Assembly: GCA_041487495.1 (NCBI GenBank)
Contig: JBGPNN010000001.1
Location: forward strand, 1-43,465
Length of the DNA: 43,465 nucleotides
Source of the DNA: a bacterium
Lineage (GTDB): Bacteria > Sysuimicrobiota > Sysuimicrobiia > Sysuimicrobiales > Humicultoraceae
Direction of reading: 5' to 3'
The notes under the pieces were generated by a model, which made no database searches, was not told the origin of the DNA, and saw only the letters and a list, made by a program, of their open reading frames with translations. A program made the position numbers and the translations under genes. This document shows, piece by piece, positions 34,887-43,465 of the stretch. Position 1 is the stretch's first letter; every line of letters starts with the position of its first letter.

Positions 34887-35350
34887 TCGCGCGGCGGAGT
34901 CGGGTGGACAAGACGATGTTCGCGTCAGGGTTTGACGGTCACGCTCGGCCAATTCGCGTCCTTCTTGGCAAGGCCGGGCTCGACGGACACGACCGTGGCA
35001 TCAAGGTGATCGCGAGGGCTTTGCGGGATGCCGGCATGGAGGTCATCTATCCCGGGCTGCGTCAGAACATTGAATCTTTGATCCAGGCGGCCCTGCAAGA
35101 GGATGTTGACGTCATCGGTCTTTCGGTGCTCTCTGGGACTCACCTGGAGCTGGCGAGTCGCCTCATCCGGGGGCTCGGGGCTGTGGCGGGTGATTGTCTG
35201 GTTATTGTCGGGGGAGCAATACCTCCAGCCGATGTTCCGCGCCTGTATGCGGCTGGCGTGCATGGCGTGTTCCCTACGGGGAGCACGTTCGATGAGATCA
35301 TCCGGTTCATTCGCGAGCAGACTCGATCAATCGACGGCAGGCGAGGCTAG
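34883..35350 (+). CDS. Acyl-CoA mutase small subunit (B12-binding domain)
   Basis: DxHxxG motif in GLDGHDRGIKV, followed by GLSVLSG. GTG 34883 overlaps the GntR stop (GTGA). ATG 34916 is an alternative start. Confidence 0.9.
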   Translation: MIARRSRVDKTMFASGFDGHARPIRVLLGKAGLDGHDRGIKVIARALRDAGMEVIYPGLRQNIESLIQAALQEDVDVIGLSVLSGTHLELASRLIRGLGAVAGDCLVIVGGAIPPADVPRLYAAGVHGVFPTGSTFDEIIRFIREQTRSIDGRRG

Positions 35351-35370
35351 GGCCTGTCGCGTGAAAAGCG

Positions 35371-37041
35371 GTGGTCCGCATGCTCTCTGAAGATGACAAG
35401 ATCCGAACTGAGCGTCTTCGGTGGGAGCGAGAACGGCTTCTCGACCGGTCGGCGCAAGAAACGAGAACAGACGCCGGCCTCCCCGTCGATCTCCTATACA
35501 CACCGTCAAATCTCGCCGCTCTTGACTACCGGCGCGACCTCGGGTTCCCCGGTGAGCTTCCGTTCACTAGAGGCGTCTATCCAACGATGTACCGAAGCAA
35601 CTTATGGACGATGCGCCAGTACGCAGGGTTTGGCTCATCAGAGAACTCCAACCTTCTTTATAGGCAACTGCTCAGCGAGGGGCAGACCGGTCTTTCGGTC
35701 GCCTTTGACCTGCCCACGCACCTCGGCTACGATTCCGATCATTCGAAGGCCCGCGACGAGGTCGGTCGAGTTGGTGTCGCCATTGATACTCTCGATGACC
35801 TGGAGTTGCTCTTCGACGGCATTCCGATAGACGAGGTGAGCGTCAACTTCACAATCAACGCCCCGGCGGCGATTATCCTTGCCATGTACGTTGCCGTGGC
35901 CGAGCGGAGGGCCATCCCCTTGGACCGCTTGGCCGGTACTCTCCAGAACGACATTCTGAAGGAGTATCTCGCCCGGAAACTCTACATTTTTCCGCCAAAG
36001 CCGTCGCTCCGTTTGACCGCTGACGTCATCGAATACTGCACTCGGCATATGCCGCGCTTTAACCCAATCAGCATCACTGGCTTCCATGCTCGCGAGGCAG
36101 GCGCTGATGCTGTTCAAGAAATCGCATTCACTCTCGGTGCTGCGCTTGTTTACGTCGACAAGGTCCTCGAGCGAGGCATCCCGGTCGACCAGTTCGCGCC
36201 GCGCCTATCGTTCCATTTTGCCACCGGGCTCGATTTCTTTGAAGAAATCGCTAAACTGCGGGCCGCTCGGCGGCTTTGGGCGGGAGTCATGCGGGAGCGA
36301 TATCGCGCTGAAAATCCTCGGTCCTGCATGTTGCGGTTTTTCTCCGGCGGCAGTGGAGTCCCACTCGCGAGCCGAGAGCCACTGAACAATATCGTCAGGG
36401 TGGCCTACGAATGTCTGGCCGCAGTACTGGGCGGTGCGCAGGCGATCCACACGATGGCGTACGATGAACCGTTTCGCATTCCATCAGTACAGGCGGCCCG
36501 GGTTGCGCTCCGTACGCAACAGATTGTGGCCTATGAGACCGGGGTGACGCGTACGGTTGATCCGCTCGCCGGCTCATATTTCGTCGAGTCGCTCACGAAT
36601 GAGATGGAAACGGCGATCCGCAAGGAACTGGAATGGATTGACGGGGTGGGCGGCTACGTCGCCGCGCTGGAACGCGGCGATCTTGAGCGAGCCATCCTGG
36701 ATCGAGCCTACGAACATGAGGTCGCCATCCAGTCCGGCAAGCGTCGGTGGGTTGGTGTGAACTACTTTGTGGCGGAGGATGACCAGACCCAGGCGCTCCA
36801 ACTGCACGAGCCCGATCCGCTCGCGGAAGCGCGACAAATCGAGCGCGTGGGAGTGGTCAGACACGGCCGCAGTGTCGAGGCTGTCCGACGGGGCCTTGAC
36901 GATGTCAGGGCAGCCGCTGAGGGCGACGAGAATCTGATGCCGGTCTTGATCGCAGCGGTCAAGGTTCGCGCGACGTTGGGCGAAATCTGCGCGACACTCC
37001 GGCAGGTGTTTGGTGAGCATGAGGAGCCGAGGGTGATTTGA
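35371..37041 (+). CDS. Methylmalonyl-CoA mutase-family large (substrate-binding TIM-barrel) subunit
   Basis: FTRGVYPTMYRSNLWTMRQYAGFG, GQTGLSVAFDLPTHLGYDSD, QNDILKEYLARKLYIFPP and SITGFHAREAGA align by eye with MCM alpha. ATG 35380 is an alternative start. Confidence 0.92.
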   Translation: MVRMLSEDDKIRTERLRWERERLLDRSAQETRTDAGLPVDLLYTPSNLAALDYRRDLGFPGELPFTRGVYPTMYRSNLWTMRQYAGFGSSENSNLLYRQLLSEGQTGLSVAFDLPTHLGYDSDHSKARDEVGRVGVAIDTLDDLELLFDGIPIDEVSVNFTINAPAAIILAMYVAVAERRAIPLDRLAGTLQNDILKEYLARKLYIFPPKPSLRLTADVIEYCTRHMPRFNPISITGFHAREAGADAVQEIAFTLGAALVYVDKVLERGIPVDQFAPRLSFHFATGLDFFEEIAKLRAARRLWAGVMRERYRAENPRSCMLRFFSGGSGVPLASREPLNNIVRVAYECLAAVLGGAQAIHTMAYDEPFRIPSVQAARVALRTQQIVAYETGVTRTVDPLAGSYFVESLTNEMETAIRKELEWIDGVGGYVAALERGDLERAILDRAYEHEVAIQSGKRRWVGVNYFVAEDDQTQALQLHEPDPLAEARQIERVGVVRHGRSVEAVRRGLDDVRAAAEGDENLMPVLIAAVKVRATLGEICATLRQVFGEHEEPRVI

Positions 37042-37066
37042 GGATGAGTCTGCAATCTAGACAACC

Positions 37067-38086
37067 ATGATGACTCACGAATCGGGTTCCGGCATTCGGT
37101 TCGGACTCGTCCTCCAAGCGGTCGATTCACCCGGTGAGTTCACCCGGAATGTGCGTGAAATCGAGGACGGGGGGTTCAGCTACCTGTGGATGACTGACTC
37201 GTCGCTTCATGCTCGAAACCCCTACGTCTATTTGGCGCTGGCCGCCACGCACAGTCGGAACCTTTTCCTCGGAACGGCCGTCACACACCCCCACGCTCGC
37301 CACCCTGCAATCAGTCTTTCAGCGGTCGCCACGATCGATGAGCTGTCCGGTGGCCGCGCAATCTACGGCATCGGCACCGGCGACAGACCGGTGACGGAAC
37401 TTGGGCTTCGACCGGCCCGCGTACGGGTAGTTCGGGAGACGGTCGAAATTACGAGGCGGCTCCTGGCCGGAGAGATGTTGACCTGGCATGGCGAGGCGTT
37501 CAGCCTCCACAACGCCGAACTTCGGTATGGACGCCGCGCGGACTTACCAATCTTTCTGGCTGCAAGTGGCGCGCGCATGCTGAAACTCACCGGTGAAATC
37601 GCCGACGGTGGTCTGATTCTGGCGGGCTTGTTTCCAAAGAGCGTGCGCTTCGTGCAGGAGCAGGTTGCGGAGGGCGCCGCACGTGCGGGACGCGATCCTA
37701 GCATGGTTGACCTGTTCCTAATGTTGTACGGTACCGTCAACCTAGATCGACGGCACGCGATTGAAGAGAGTCGGACGATGGCAGCCTGGTTCTGTCAAAC
37801 TGCGCCGCATTTCCTTGAAATGGCGAATTTCGATCCCGAGTTGGTCAAGAAGGTCCAGTCCGCCTATACCGGCGGCGAGTTCCACCAAGCGCGCGAGGCC
37901 GCGAAGCTCTGTCCGGATGAGATGGTTGAGATGTTCACACTTGCCGGCACGCCGGATGATGCCGTTGCCCGGATCCGGGGGCTTTCGGCCCTCGGGGTTC
38001 GGGCGTTCAATTTCTTCCCCATCGGCCGTGACCGGTGGGGAGCGATCCGGTTGTTCATGCAGAGAGTGATACCGCAGTTTCGGTAG
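37067..38086 (+). CDS. Luciferase-like (LLM) flavin/F420-dependent oxidoreductase
   Basis: 339 aa. YLWMTDSSL, GGRAIYGIGTGDRP and a C-terminal LLM-like layout are present. The cofactor cannot be decided by eye. Confidence 0.8.
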   Translation: MMTHESGSGIRFGLVLQAVDSPGEFTRNVREIEDGGFSYLWMTDSSLHARNPYVYLALAATHSRNLFLGTAVTHPHARHPAISLSAVATIDELSGGRAIYGIGTGDRPVTELGLRPARVRVVRETVEITRRLLAGEMLTWHGEAFSLHNAELRYGRRADLPIFLAASGARMLKLTGEIADGGLILAGLFPKSVRFVQEQVAEGAARAGRDPSMVDLFLMLYGTVNLDRRHAIEESRTMAAWFCQTAPHFLEMANFDPELVKKVQSAYTGGEFHQAREAAKLCPDEMVEMFTLAGTPDDAVARIRGLSALGVRAFNFFPIGRDRWGAIRLFMQRVIPQFR

Positions 38087-38131
38087 CGATGCTCCGATGT
38101 CGAGGGACTACGGTCGGGAGGGCGCATCATC

Positions 38132-39319
38132 GTGAGTCGGGAGCTGCTGGCGCGCATCATTCAGCGTGACGATTTGGATTTGGCGATTCGCTTGACGCAG
38201 AAGGCGGTTCGAATTCCTAGCATTAACGGCGAAGAGGGGCCACTGGGAAAAGAGGTGTATCGGTGGCTGGGGGAGCTGGGGTTTGAAGAGGCCGAACTCC
38301 AGGAAATCTACCCAGGGCGTTACAATGCGACCGGAGTGCTCCACGGCCGTCGCCCAGGTCCAACTCTGGTCCTTACAGGACACCTCGATAATAAGCCCGT
38401 GTGTTATGGCTGGGACACCGACCCGTTTTCAGGAGCAATTGTAGATGGTCGCCTCTATGGCCATGGCGTGATGGACATGAAGGCAGCAGTCTGTTGCCAG
38501 ATTGCTGCGATTCATGCGTTGCGGCGGTCGGGCGTCGATTTCGCTGGCACTATCAGCTTTGCCGCTGTCGCCGACCACATGGGTGCGCAGCAGGGCAGCA
38601 TCGATTTTTTCAAGAAGACGCGGGCCGACATGGCTATTCTCGGGGAGTTGAGCGACAACCGAGTCTATGTTGGCCATCGCGGGCGCTACTACTTCGACAT
38701 CACCACGCTAGGTCGGGCGGCCCATACCTACCGGAAAGCAGACGCCATTAGCGCCATCAACAAGATGGCAGGGGTTGTGAAGCGTATCGACGCTATTCGA
38801 TACTATCCCAAGCTCGATCCAGAGACGGCGCGGCTGTTCGGGGAGGAGCTCTATATGGCCGTGGGCCGCATCTACGGGGGATTACCGCCCGATGGGCCCT
38901 CCATGATTCCTGACCGGTGCACTATTCGCGTGGATACCCGCCCCCAGCCTGGCGTGCCTGTCGAAGAAGTGCAGGCGGTGATCGAGGCGGCGCTCAGCGA
39001 GCTCAAGGCGAAGGATCCCGAGCTGAAGACGGAAATGGTTGTCGCCGATGTCAAGAATTGGCACTGGATCAAACCGGATGAACCGATCGTTCGCCTCGTG
39101 AGTCAAGCAGCAGAAATCGTCAAGGGCGAGCCGACAACTGTGCATGCCGTCAGCTGGCTTGGTGACACGGCCAGTTTCGGAAGGATCGTGCCGACGGTTA
39201 TCTTTGGGCCCGGGCGTGAGCCGATCTACATGCCAAACGAGTATCTTGACCTCAAGGATATTGAGATTGCTACAAAGGTGTACGCTCTGACAGCTGCTCT
39301 GGCGCTCGATGCTCACTAG
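38132..39319 (+). CDS. M20-family metallohydrolase (ArgE/DapE/acylase-type amidohydrolase)
   Basis: LVLTGHLDNKPV, GHGVMDMKAA, the central dimerisation domain and a C-terminal IYMPNEY-type segment are present. Confidence 0.82.
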   Translation: MSRELLARIIQRDDLDLAIRLTQKAVRIPSINGEEGPLGKEVYRWLGELGFEEAELQEIYPGRYNATGVLHGRRPGPTLVLTGHLDNKPVCYGWDTDPFSGAIVDGRLYGHGVMDMKAAVCCQIAAIHALRRSGVDFAGTISFAAVADHMGAQQGSIDFFKKTRADMAILGELSDNRVYVGHRGRYYFDITTLGRAAHTYRKADAISAINKMAGVVKRIDAIRYYPKLDPETARLFGEELYMAVGRIYGGLPPDGPSMIPDRCTIRVDTRPQPGVPVEEVQAVIEAALSELKAKDPELKTEMVVADVKNWHWIKPDEPIVRLVSQAAEIVKGEPTTVHAVSWLGDTASFGRIVPTVIFGPGREPIYMPNEYLDLKDIEIATKVYALTAALALDAH

Positions 39320-39341
39320 TCGCGGGAGCTAGGAGGAACCG

Positions 39342-40343
39342 GTGTCCGGACTTGGATTGCTCGATATCACGGCCGGCGTGCGTCGATTGCTCGAGGTCTG
39401 CGTCGCGCTGCGACCGCGCGAACGGGCCCTTCTGGTGACTGATACGGGGTCCGATGCTGACATCGTTGCCGCGTTCGCCCTCATCGTTAAGGAGATGGGA
39501 GCGGAACCCGTGATCATAGTCATGGAGCGCCGACCAGTTCCAGGCGCGGAGCCGCCGGAGACTGTAGCGGTGGCGATGAAAGCCGCCGACATTGTCCTTG
39601 AGCTCACGTCCCAGTTCATCGGTAGCAGCCGGGCGCGGGTCGAGGCTTGCAGGGCTGGCGCACGCTACCTAGTGCTTGTCCAGCTTGGCCGAGCGAACTT
39701 GCTTGAGGGTGGGGCCGTGTGGGCCGACTTTGATGGTATCAAACCGCTAGCCGAGCGATTGGGGGATGTTTTCGGCCGGGCGAAGAGGATACGCTTTGTA
39801 ACTACGGCGGGGACAGACCTCACGGCGAGCATTGAGGGGCGTCACGGTCGTCCACTCGTCGGGTTGGCCCGGGAGAAGGGAGGGTACGCTGCGCCACCCG
39901 ATATTGAAGTGGGGATCTCGCCAGTCGAGGGTACGGCCAACGGCACGATCGTGGTGGATGGTGCTCTCCTTCTTATGGCGGATGGTGTCTTGCGAGAACC
40001 GGTGAGGATTGTCGTGAAGGACGGTCTCGCTGTATCGGTCGAGGGGCGGGAAGCTTATGCGCTGCTAGAGATGATCCGACGATGCGACGATGATCCGCGC
40101 ATGTACAATCTGGCCGAGATGTCCATCGGCCTCAATCCGCTCGGCCGCGTGAGCGGCCTGGCCCTCGAGAGCGAGGCGGCGCTCGGCACCGGTCACATCG
40201 CGCTCGGCAACAATCTTGCCTACGGTGGACGCGTTGATGCTCCAGGGCATCTCGACTGCGTCCTGCGAGACATCACGGTCTACCTCGACGATGTGCTCAT
40301 AGTGAACGGGGGGCGGCTCGTCGGTGAATGGGTGCGCAGTTGA
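39342..40343 (+). CDS. M29/AmpS-like (COG2309) protein: aminopeptidase or NicX-like ring-cleaving dioxygenase relative
   Basis: GTDLTASIEGR, EMSIGLNP, GTGHIALGNN and APGHLDCVL (H...H-x-D) match the metal-binding C-terminus of this fold. Confidence 0.65.
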   Translation: MSGLGLLDITAGVRRLLEVCVALRPRERALLVTDTGSDADIVAAFALIVKEMGAEPVIIVMERRPVPGAEPPETVAVAMKAADIVLELTSQFIGSSRARVEACRAGARYLVLVQLGRANLLEGGAVWADFDGIKPLAERLGDVFGRAKRIRFVTTAGTDLTASIEGRHGRPLVGLAREKGGYAAPPDIEVGISPVEGTANGTIVVDGALLLMADGVLREPVRIVVKDGLAVSVEGREAYALLEMIRRCDDDPRMYNLAEMSIGLNPLGRVSGLALESEAALGTGHIALGNNLAYGGRVDAPGHLDCVLRDITVYLDDVLIVNGGRLVGEWVRS

Positions 40344-40407
40344 CCAGTGCCCCGCGATGCTCGCCGCTCAGCTTCATTCACCGAGCAATTTGTGAAGGAG
40401 GGGGACG

Positions 40408-41427
40408 ATGAGGGCGGCACTTCTTCAGGCGAACGGCCAGATTGCAATCGGCGAGTTTTCAGATCCATCCGATAGTGACAGCGTCATCGTTCGGGTCAAG
40501 GCTGCCGGGATCTGTGGTACGGAACTACATTTTCTGGACAGACTCCTGCAGCCAGATGCTTATCCGTTCATCCTAGGGCACGAGATTTCGGGTACGGTCG
40601 AGAAGGTTCCAGCCCGCGAGAGCGGGTTTCGCCCAGGGGATAGGGTTGCCGTCTATAACGTCATCGGATGTGGATCTTGCCGTCATTGCGCGACGGGGCG
40701 CACAAACCTGTGTGACCGGCCCCGGCAAATCGGTTTCAATGTCCATGGTGGGTTCGCGGAGTTTGTCGCTGCGCCCCCTCAGACATTGGTTCGGATCCCA
40801 GATTCGGTGCCGTTCGAGACCGCCGCGGTCCTCGCCTGCAGCGGGATGGCGGCCGTTCATGCCTCGCGTGCTGCAGGGGTCACGCTGAACACTATCGCGA
40901 TCGTCAACGGGATCGGCGGCGTGGGCCTCATGGTGATCCAGGTGGCGCGGCTGGCGGGTGCTGATGTGATCGCCGTTGGGGACAGCGATGCGAAACTTGC
41001 GCTGGCAAAGGAATTCGGAGCCGTGGCGACGGTTCGAGCCGCGGATGAGAAGGACTATGAGGCCCTCCCTGGACGCGTCCGTGCGTTGGTTGGGGGCGGT
41101 GCCGACTACTTCTTCGAACTCGTGGGGACGACCGCAAGCATGGCAGCGGGATTTCAGTCGCTCGGCAAGAGGGGGACGTTTGTCAGCATCGGATACACTG
41201 GCGACAAACTCGTCGTGAATCCGGTTGACCTCTTGATCAAGGAGCAACGCCTGGTAACGTGTGTCGCTGCCGCCAAGCGAGACCTAGATGATGCCGTCAG
41301 TCTGGCAGGCGCCGGCAAGCTGCGCGCGTCAATTCAGGGCCGCGTGCCGCTCGACCAGCTACTTGAGGCGCTGCGCAGTCTGCGAGAACGCCGCGTCCTG
41401 GGTCGGAACATTGTGACGTTCGCCTAG
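40408..41427 (+). CDS. Zinc-dependent medium-chain alcohol dehydrogenase
   Basis: The catalytic zinc site is CGTELH...GHEISGTV. The structural zinc site is GCGSCRHCATGRTNLC. The NAD fold is GIGGVG. Confidence 0.9.
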   Translation: MRAALLQANGQIAIGEFSDPSDSDSVIVRVKAAGICGTELHFLDRLLQPDAYPFILGHEISGTVEKVPARESGFRPGDRVAVYNVIGCGSCRHCATGRTNLCDRPRQIGFNVHGGFAEFVAAPPQTLVRIPDSVPFETAAVLACSGMAAVHASRAAGVTLNTIAIVNGIGGVGLMVIQVARLAGADVIAVGDSDAKLALAKEFGAVATVRAADEKDYEALPGRVRALVGGGADYFFELVGTTASMAAGFQSLGKRGTFVSIGYTGDKLVVNPVDLLIKEQRLVTCVAAAKRDLDDAVSLAGAGKLRASIQGRVPLDQLLEALRSLRERRVLGRNIVTFA

Positions 41428-41500
41428 TGATAGTCGCCGCGAGCGATTTGGCAGGAACTGAAGGGGGAGTTGACGTGGCCCTGCAGACGCGGAAGCCTGA

Positions 41501-42010
41501 ATTGACGTTTCTGAGGAAACCGCCGCGCATGGCCCCCTGGTGTCGCAAGAACAACTTGAGCGTGTGCTCGGGTACATTGAGCTGGGTCAACAGGAGGGCG
41601 CCCGGGTCATGTCCGGAGGCTACCGAGCAGGAGACGAGCTTTCCAGGGGCTTCTTTGTTGCACCCACGGTTCTTGGCAACGTGTCCAACGATATGAGGGT
41701 GGCCAGGGAAGAGATCTTCGGGCCGGTTGTGGCGATCATGCGTTTTGAGGACGTCGAAGAGGCCGTACGCCTCGCCAACGCGACGTCGTTTGGGCTTTGT
41801 GCGGGTGTCTGGACACGGGACATCGCGAAAGCGCACCGTGTTGCTGCGGCCCTTCGATGCGGGACGGTATGGGTGAACACCTATGGTATGTTCGATCCCA
41901 GCACCCCTTACGGCGGCTACAAGATGAGTGGCTACGGTCGAGAACTCGGAGAGGCCGCTCTGGATGCCTACACGCAGGTGAAGAGTGTGTGGATCAACAC
42001 GGGCTCATGA
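41501..42010 (+). pseudogene. 5-prime-truncated aldehyde dehydrogenase remnant (C-terminal third or so only)
   Basis: In-frame ALDH similarity (HGPLVSQEQLERVLGYIE...EEIFGPVVAIMRFEDVEEAVRLANATSFGLCAGVWT...GGYKMSGYGRE) starts right after a TGA at 41498-41500. The N-terminal two-thirds of a normal ALDH of about 490 aa, including the catalytic Glu/Cys region, is missing. Only 73 nt separate this point from the ADH stop codon. Confidence 0.7.
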
Positions 42011-42095
42011 TCGGTGTCGAGCAAGATTGCGTCGTCCCGTGATTGAAAGCGTGCGTCGTGGGTAACGCAATCAACGTGCGAGGAAGGGGAATGGA

Positions 42096-43465
42096 ATGGG
42101 CCGTTATCTGGTTGTAGGCAACCCCGTCGTCACGCTCGGCGAGCGAGACTATATTGAAGACGGCGCACTCATCATCGAAGATCGTCACGTCGTTGCGGTC
42201 GGGCCACGTGAACGCCTCCAGGCGATGGGGCCGTTCGAACGGACCATCGGCTCACCGCATCACTTTGTCATGCCTGGGTTCATCAATGGACACTTTCATT
42301 CTGGCGGGGCGATGGGTAGGGGTCTCATCCAGTATGTGTTCGAGAGAGCGAACGTCCACGCGCAGACGAATCGTGGTGCGGTCACCGAAGAGGATCTGTT
42401 CAACGCGACCGCGTTGAGCTTGATCCGATGTATTCGGGGTGGCCAGACGGCAGCGGTGGACTTCAGCTACGGTCGGCCCGGCATGCCACAATTCGGAAAC
42501 GAACCCATTCTCCGTGCCTATGAGGCGGTCGGTTTTCGTGGTGCGATCGGCGTAGTGACCCGTGATCAGAACATCTATGTCCACGGTGACAATGAAGCGT
42601 TTCTGGCGATGCTGCCCGCAGCTCTAGCGAAGGAGGTGCGGGCGTCTCCGATGGGCTATGCTTGGCCCGTCGACGAGGTCATCGCGACCTACCGAGAGTT
42701 GGTGAAGGCGTGGGACGGCCGCGACGGTCGGATTCGGTTGATCCTGGCCCCCGATTGGACGCCAGCCTGCTCCGACGATCTCTATCTGTTGAACCGACGT
42801 CTGGCCAATGAGTACGGGACCGGCGTGACAACCCACGTCCTCGAGACGCGGTCGGAGATGGTTTTCACCCTCAAAGCCTACGGGAAGACGGCCATGCGAC
42901 GGCTTGACGATCTCGGGGTGCTCGGACCGGACTTCTCCTGCGCGCATTTCGTTTGGGCGACCGATGAAGACATTGCCATCGCGCGTGACAGCGGGTCAGT
43001 TCCGGTCAACAACCCTGGCTCGAATCTGCGTCTCAGTACAGGCATCGCGCGCGTGCGTGACATCATCGACTCGGGCGGTCGGATTGCTTTCGGAACCGAC
43101 AGCATTTCGTTCTCCGATCACGAGGACTTCTTCCAAGAGTTGCGGTTGGCAGCCACCCTACAGCGGATCCCGACGGACCTCGAGATCGGGCGGCTGGACA
43201 CGGCCAAACTACTCCGATTGGCGGCAACCAGCGGGGCGCGCGCCGTGCGCTTCGAGAAACAGCTCGGTTCGCTGGAACCCGGGAAAGAGGCTGATCTGCT
43301 CATCTTGAAACGTGACCGGATATTTTGGCCTCCGGGGAAATACGATCAGGTTCCGGTTCTGGACGTGATCATCGATCGGGCCAATGCCACGGATTTGGAC
43401 TCCGTGATCATCGCTGGGAGGGCTGTGCTCGACGCCGGGAGGATCACGACTGTCGACGAACAAAA
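42096..43465 (+). CDS. Amidohydrolase-superfamily protein, TRZ/ATZ (aminohydrolase/deaminase) type, 3-prime end beyond the window
   Basis: Absent from the ORF track because it has no stop in the window. The frame is open from ATG 42096 (MGRYLVVGNPVVTLGERDYIEDGALIIEDRHVVAVG...FVMPGFINGHFH) to the right edge. FGTDS lies near the C-terminal part. GAGGAAGGGG lies upstream. Confidence 0.85.
   Translation, partial: MGRYLVVGNPVVTLGERDYIEDGALIIEDRHVVAVGPRERLQAMGPFERTIGSPHHFVMPGFINGHFHSGGAMGRGLIQYVFERANVHAQTNRGAVTEEDLFNATALSLIRCIRGGQTAAVDFSYGRPGMPQFGNEPILRAYEAVGFRGAIGVVTRDQNIYVHGDNEAFLAMLPAALAKEVRASPMGYAWPVDEVIATYRELVKAWDGRDGRIRLILAPDWTPACSDDLYLLNRRLANEYGTGVTTHVLETRSEMVFTLKAYGKTAMRRLDDLGVLGPDFSCAHFVWATDEDIAIARDSGSVPVNNPGSNLRLSTGIARVRDIIDSGGRIAFGTDSISFSDHEDFFQELRLAATLQRIPTDLEIGRLDTAKLLRLAATSGARAVRFEKQLGSLEPGKEADLLILKRDRIFWPPGKYDQVPVLDVIIDRANATDLDSVIIAGRAVLDAGRITTVDEQ

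Noticed and set aside
34883-35380. Cobalamin riboswitch in front of the mutase genes
   Set aside because: The mutase small-subunit gene overlaps the GntR stop codon, and only 20 nt separate the two mutase genes. There is no room for a riboswitch.

Overview
High-GC bacterial chromosomal segment with no rRNA, transposase, integrase or CRISPR array. All family calls come from motif recognition by eye; no searches were run.

The window splits into two halves.

Left half (1 to about 20.35 kb; hand counts of single 60-nt lines give mostly 63-80% GC):
- the 5-prime end of a class III cyclase gene (minus strand);
- an ECF sigma factor with a GGAAC-N16-CGTCT promoter, and a zf-HC2/DUF4349-like anti-sigma factor;
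- a plus-strand, DNA-repair-dominated run: polA, coaE, a secreted copper-amine-oxidase-N-domain protein, uvrB, uvrA, uvrC, a Phd/YefM::Ogt fusion, and an ABC ATPase;
- a tRNA-Gly/Cys/Leu cluster;
- a divergent REC-GGDEF / polytopic PAS histidine kinase pair;
- a candidate 22-aa hydrophobic peptide gene and tRNA-Thr.

Right half (20.36 kb to the end; the same hand counts give about 48-68% GC): 23 intact co-directional genes plus one truncated aldehyde dehydrogenase. They form a tightly packed cluster centred on CoA thioesters and containing a GntR regulator:
- rhodanese, MBL-fold hydrolase, SDR, and a two-subunit MaoC hot-dog hydratase;
- a two-subunit succinyl-CoA-synthetase-like ligase and a PaaK-type ligase;
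- two uncharacterised Cys/His-motif paralogues;
- an orphan family-5 solute-binding protein and two tandem TenA-like proteins;
- a VOC-fold epimerase, a family III CoA-transferase, and GntR;
- a split B12-dependent acyl-CoA mutase;
- an LLM oxidoreductase, an M20 hydrolase, an M29/AmpS-like protein, a Zn-ADH, and a partial TRZ/ATZ-type amidohydrolase.

The best candidates for something undescribed:
- the Cys/His paralogue pair coupled to the PaaK-like ligase;
- the tRNA-Thr-adjacent cluster as a whole, a possible acquired pathway for an aryl- or heteroaryl-carboxylate;
- the antitoxin-domain::Ogt fusion, which has its own promoter and palindrome.
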